Shown in pieces: positions 59,962-64,000 of a DNA stretch of 64,000 nt (positions within the stretch are counted from its first letter, which is position 1; each line of letters starts with the position of its first letter). The stretch lies in assembly GCA_963778655.1 (NCBI GenBank), contig CAVZVA010000003.1, positions 608,001-672,000 of the forward strand. The letters are read 5' to 3'. The notes beneath the pieces were generated by a model. It saw nothing but the letters and a program-made list of their open reading frames with translations. It was not told the DNA's origin and did no database searches. Position numbers and translations under genes: made by a program. The stretch is from an uncultured delta proteobacterium (GTDB lineage: Bacteria; Myxococcota_A; Polyangia; Polyangiales; JAFGIB01).

Positions 59962-61395
59962 ATGCCGTATCTCCAGCAGCGCGGGCCCCTCGCGGCCATT
60001 CTCGGCGCGTTCTTCCTGGTCTTCCTGCCGCTTGCGCTGCTGTTGGTGACCCCCAACTTCGTGGCCGCCCTGCCGTACCTGTACGTGGCGTATGCCGTGG
60101 GGCTGGGGACGAGCCACTTCTTCATCACGCTGGCGGTCTATCTCCAGGCGCAGAACCGTGCGCACTTCGCGGCCACGCTGCGCAATCGCCTGATCTACTT
60201 CGCGGCGCCGATCGTGATTCTCGGCCTGTTCGCGCTCAGCGCGGCCAGCGACTTTCGCGTGCAGCACGCGGCGCTGGCGGCCTACCTGTTCTCGGCGCTG
60301 CGCTTCTTCGATTTCTTTCACGTGGGGCGCCAGAGCACCGGCGTGCTGCAGCTACTGAAGCGCGGCGCGGCTCCGGCCCTGCCCGGCTGGCTGCCCCGCG
60401 CCGAGAACGCGTTCTTCGTCGGCATGGCGCTGCTGCAGTGGGAGACGTTCCTGCTGGGCGGGCGCTTCGACGCCGAGCGGCTGGCGGCGCAGCTGCCCGC
60501 GTGGGCGCTGGGCGGGCTGGCCTGCGCGATCCTGATGAGTCACCTCAGACTCGGGTTTCGCCCCTTTGCGGCGGATGCGGCTCCCGGCGCGGACACGACG
60601 CGCGCGGACGCGAGCCCACCGAGCCCAGAGCAAGCTCGCGCGCCGCTCGGGCACCGCCCGCGGCAAGCCTGGCTGCCCCCGCTGTACTTCGCGTTGCAGG
60701 CGATCTCGGCCGCGGCGGCGGTGTTCGAGACGCGGCTCTACATCGTCGCGCTCGCCATGCACTACGTCGAGTATCACGTGATCATGCATCCGCGCTGCTT
60801 CGAGAGCGCGTTCGATCCCGCGAGCCGACTCGACCGCGCGTTCGCGTTCGTTCGCGCGCGGCCGGGGCTGTTCTACGGAGTGCTGGCCGCAATCGTCTTG
60901 GCCTTCGAGCTGCGCAGCTACGCGCCTGCCGGGCTCTCGCCGAGCACCCGAATGGCGGTCCATGCCTTCGACGGCATCTTCTTCGTGCACTACTTCCTCG
61001 AGGCCTTCCTGTGGAAGCTCTCTGATCCGTTCTATCGCCGCACGCTCGCTCCGCTGTACCTCGACGCGCGCCCGCCGCGGCCCCGACTCTCGCTCCGGGC
61101 CCTGGTACGGCGCATGGCCTGGTTCGCCGTGCCGTTCGCGCCGGTGGCGCTGCTGATGCTGGCGACGGGCTCAGTCGGGCCCGCCGCGCACGCCTTCGAG
61201 CGTCTGGCGATCGCGCCGCTCGACGCCGAAAACCACCTGCGCTGGGGCGTGGAGCTCGCCGGCCGCAGCGAGCTCGTGAAGTCGCGGCGGCACCTGGGCG
61301 TCGCGGTGCGCGAGCATGCGCAGGACCCGCGCGCGAAGACGGCGCTGGAGTGGGTCGAACGCCGGCTCTCTGCACAAGCCAGCGGCGCCCGCTAG
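59962..61395 (+). CDS. Multi-pass membrane protein with His motifs
   Basis: Many hydrophobic helices; SHFF, FFHVGRQ, HYVEYH, HYFLEAFLWK. Confidence 0.75.
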   Translation: MPYLQQRGPLAAILGAFFLVFLPLALLLVTPNFVAALPYLYVAYAVGLGTSHFFITLAVYLQAQNRAHFAATLRNRLIYFAAPIVILGLFALSAASDFRVQHAALAAYLFSALRFFDFFHVGRQSTGVLQLLKRGAAPALPGWLPRAENAFFVGMALLQWETFLLGGRFDAERLAAQLPAWALGGLACAILMSHLRLGFRPFAADAAPGADTTRADASPPSPEQARAPLGHRPRQAWLPPLYFALQAISAAAAVFETRLYIVALAMHYVEYHVIMHPRCFESAFDPASRLDRAFAFVRARPGLFYGVLAAIVLAFELRSYAPAGLSPSTRMAVHAFDGIFFVHYFLEAFLWKLSDPFYRRTLAPLYLDARPPRPRLSLRALVRRMAWFAVPFAPVALLMLATGSVGPAAHAFERLAIAPLDAENHLRWGVELAGRSELVKSRRHLGVAVREHAQDPRAKTALEWVERRLSAQASGAR

Positions 61396-61473
61396 CGCCG
61401 CGGGGCGGCCTCTCGTGCGGACGTGCTAGCCTCCTGCCCAACGCCGCGAGCGGGCGGGCGGGATTGTGCGACG

Positions 61474-62406
61474 ATGAATGCAACGCAGGCGCCTTCGCTG
61501 CGGGAGGTCTGGACCCGCAAGCTGATCTACCCGGGGCACACGCTGCCGACCGCGCTGGCGCCGGTGATCGTCGCGATTGGCCTGGCGCTGCGAGACCGGC
61601 TGTTCGCGCCGCTGCCGGCGCTACTGGCGTTCTTGGCCGGCTGGTTGATCCAGTTCGCGGGCGTGGTGACCGACAACTACGAGAACCTGGTACAGCAGCC
61701 CGACGATCGCGAGCATCCGGAGCTGGTGCACGCGGTTCAGTCGGGCATGCTGACGCTGCGCCACCTCAAGCTCACCCTGCTCGCGAGCTACGGGCTCGCG
61801 CTGCTGGCCGGTGTCGGCCTTTTGCTGCTGGCCGGCTGGCCGGTGGTGGTGATCGGGCTGCTGAGCATGGCGGCTAGCTTCCTCTATTCGGCGGGACCGC
61901 TCCCGATCGGGCGCCTGGGTCTGGCCGATCCGCTGTTCTTCCTGTTCTTCGGCGTGGTCTCGGTGGTGGGAACGTACTACGTGCAAGCCGCGAGCGTGCT
62001 CGGCGCCGGGCACCTGCGCGAGGCGCTGGCGCCCGCCGCCTTCGCGGCCGGCGTGCCGCTGGGCGCGCTGATCACCGGCATCCTGATCATCGACGACATC
62101 CGCGACTGCGCGCACGACGCGGTCAAGGGCAAGAACACCGTGGCCGTGCGCTTCGGCAAGCGCTGGAGCCGGATCGAGCTCGGCGCGCTGCTGCTGCTGG
62201 CCTATCTCGCCCCGTTCTGGCTGTGGCACGTGTATGCGCTGGGGCCGAGCGTGCTGCTGCCCGTGCTCAGCGCGCCGCTGGCGCTGCGGGTGGCGCGCGT
62301 GGTCTTTCGCCACGACGACTACGCCGCGCTGCTGCCGATGACGCCCAGGATGGCCCAGACCACGGTGCTCTACGCGCTGCTACTGGCGCTGGGACTGGCG
62401 CTCTGA
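61474..62406 (+). CDS. menA: UbiA-family prenyltransferase, MenA-like
   Basis: HTLP, YSAGP, FFG, IDDIRD..HD..KGKNTVAVRFG; the first Asp-rich motif is divergent (TDNYEN). Confidence 0.75.
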   Translation: MNATQAPSLREVWTRKLIYPGHTLPTALAPVIVAIGLALRDRLFAPLPALLAFLAGWLIQFAGVVTDNYENLVQQPDDREHPELVHAVQSGMLTLRHLKLTLLASYGLALLAGVGLLLLAGWPVVVIGLLSMAASFLYSAGPLPIGRLGLADPLFFLFFGVVSVVGTYYVQAASVLGAGHLREALAPAAFAAGVPLGALITGILIIDDIRDCAHDAVKGKNTVAVRFGKRWSRIELGALLLLAYLAPFWLWHVYALGPSVLLPVLSAPLALRVARVVFRHDDYAALLPMTPRMAQTTVLYALLLALGLAL

Positions 62407-62434
62407 CGCGGCCTGCGCCGCTGCGGAGCGGCGC

Positions 62435-63532
62435 TCACGCGCCGCGTTCGTCTCGCGGCGCCAGCGTGGGGTAGTCGGTGTAGCCGCGCGCATCGCCGCC
62501 GTAGAACGTGGACGGATCGGGCACGGCCAGCGGGGCAGCGCGCGCGATGCGGCTCACCAGGTCGGGGTTGGCGATGAAAGGCCGGCCGAACGACACCAGC
62601 TCGGCCTCGCCCGCCGCGATCGCTGCAGCTGCGCGCGCGCCGTCGTAACCGCCGTTGGCGATGAAGGGCCCTGCGAACGCGGCCCGCAGCCGCGGCGAAA
62701 TGCGCGCAGCGCCGCCCGCGTCGAGCGGCTCGAACACGTGCAGATAGGCGAGCCCGAAAGGCGAGAGCTGCGCCGCGACGTAGCCGAAGGTTGCCGCCGG
62801 ATCCGAATCGCTCATGCCGCCGAGGCTGCTGGTCGGCGAGAGCTGCACGCCGACTTTGGCCACGCCGGCGACCGCGCCGACCGCCTCGACCACCTCGAGC
62901 AACAGCCGCGCGCGGCGCGCGGGCGATCCGCCGTAGGCGTCGTCGCGCTGGTTGGCGCCGTCGCGCAGGAACTGGTCGAGCAGGTAGCCTTGCGCCGCGT
63001 GGATCTCGACGCCGTCGAAGCCGGCCTCGAGCGCACGCTGCGCGGCCTCGGCAAAGCTGCGCACCAGCGTCGGGATCTCGGACAGCGCGAGCGCGCGCGG
63101 CGTCACGAACGGGCGCCGCGCGGAGCCGACCGCGAGCTCGCCCGCGATCGCGATCGGCGACGGCGCGACCGGCAGCTCGCCCTGCAGGAACGCCGGATCG
63201 GAGAAGCGCCCCGCGTGCCAGAGCTGCAGGAACATGCGTCCGCCGCAGGCGTGGACCGCGCCGGCCACCTCGCTCCAGGCCGCGCGCTGCGCCTGGTCGT
63301 AGATGCCCGGCGAGCCGGGGTAGCTGGCGGCGTTCTGCGCGACCAGCGTGGCCTCGCCGATGATCAGCCCGGCGCTCGCGCGCTGCGCGTAGTACTCGGC
63401 AGCCAGCGGCGACGGCAGGTCGCCTGCGATCGCGCGCCGCCGCGTCATCGGGGCCATCACGATCCGGTTCGCGAGCCGCAGGGGCCCCAGAGAGCAGGGC
63501 TGAAACAGCGCTTGCAGCTGCGGTGAGCTCAT
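62435..63532 (-). CDS. Old Yellow Enzyme family alkene reductase (NemA-like)
   Basis: NRIVMAPMTR, YYAQRASAGLII, QLWHAGR, GFDGVEIH..GYLLDQF, FGRPFIANPDL, GYTDYP. Confidence 0.95.
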   Translation of the reverse strand: MSSPQLQALFQPCSLGPLRLANRIVMAPMTRRRAIAGDLPSPLAAEYYAQRASAGLIIGEATLVAQNAASYPGSPGIYDQAQRAAWSEVAGAVHACGGRMFLQLWHAGRFSDPAFLQGELPVAPSPIAIAGELAVGSARRPFVTPRALALSEIPTLVRSFAEAAQRALEAGFDGVEIHAAQGYLLDQFLRDGANQRDDAYGGSPARRARLLLEVVEAVGAVAGVAKVGVQLSPTSSLGGMSDSDPAATFGYVAAQLSPFGLAYLHVFEPLDAGGAARISPRLRAAFAGPFIANGGYDGARAAAAIAAGEAELVSFGRPFIANPDLVSRIARAAPLAVPDPSTFYGGDARGYTDYPTLAPRDERGA

Positions 63533-63781
63533 CGCGGGTGAGGGTCGATCCGTTCGGGCAACCGCTGCCGGGTCCCCCTGCCGGGCGCCGGCAGCTATCA
63601 AGTAGATCCGAAGGCGGCGCTGTCGAGGCCGCGTGTCGTGCTTGCCGAGCCGGGGCAGCGAGCCGAGCAGAGCTTCGCTCCGGCGGCCGCGCGCGTCCAG
63701 TGGGCCTGCGGCATTCCTCCCGATCGGGAATCCACTCCGCGGGAGCGGCGCACGCGCGCGCCCTGCCGTAGGCTGCGCGGC

Positions 63782-64000
63782 ATGCTGCCACGGATCGTGT
63801 TCGTGCTGGGCAAGGGTGGGGTCGGCCGCAGCACGGTCTCCGCCGCGCTCGGGCTCCACTTGGCTCGCGCCGGCGAGCGCGTGCTGGTGCTCGAATGGGC
63901 GCTGGGCGATGCGATCGCGCCCTGGTTCGGGCTGCCCCCGGCCGGCGTCGATCCGGTCGAGGTCGCGCCGCGCCTGTCGGTCGCCAATTTTCGGCTCGAT
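63782..64000 (+). CDS. ArsA-related P-loop ATPase, 5' part (runs off the window)
   Basis: MLPRIVFVLGKGGVGRSTVSAALGLHLARAGERVLVLE, read directly from the DNA. Confidence 0.8.
   Translation, partial: MLPRIVFVLGKGGVGRSTVSAALGLHLARAGERVLVLEWALGDAIAPWFGLPPAGVDPVEVAPRLSVANFRLD

Overview
GC-rich bacterial chromosomal segment. Its gene content (Hanks-type kinases, kinase-ATPase and wHTH-ATPase fusions, fibro-slime/Cys-rich repeat protein, TIGR02147-like regulator, many Gly/Ala-linker lipoproteins) points to Myxococcota; this is an inference. About 45 CDS were recognised by eye from motifs, with no database searches run. They include typA, a thiolase, two acyl-CoA dehydrogenases, thpR, a GST, a BVMO, a sulfite/nitrite reductase, an FHA-GGDEF protein, a triuret-hydrolase-like enzyme with its permease, a PETase/cutinase-like lipoprotein, a PHM-like copper monooxygenase, a menA-like gene and an Old Yellow Enzyme. 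No rRNA, tRNA, CRISPR array, transposase or integrase was seen. The most unusual content is non-coding, with five small repeat families. (A) A ~215-bp element in three copies, with 27-29-bp terminal inverted repeats and two internal hairpins showing compensatory base changes; an inverted pair brackets a lower-GC two-gene orphan cassette. (B) A hairpin element in three dispersed copies that is also amplified into a 7x109-bp tandem array. (C) A REP-like ACAGGAAG...CTTCCTGT palindrome in five copies. (D) A CTAG-bounded MITE. (E) A degenerate GCACGATC-rich repeat. A shared 7-4-7 operator overlaps the promoters of two beta-oxidation loci. Two genes carry apparent single-base frameshifts, which may be sequencing errors. 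Several start coordinates are my choice of the likeliest start within longer ORFs.
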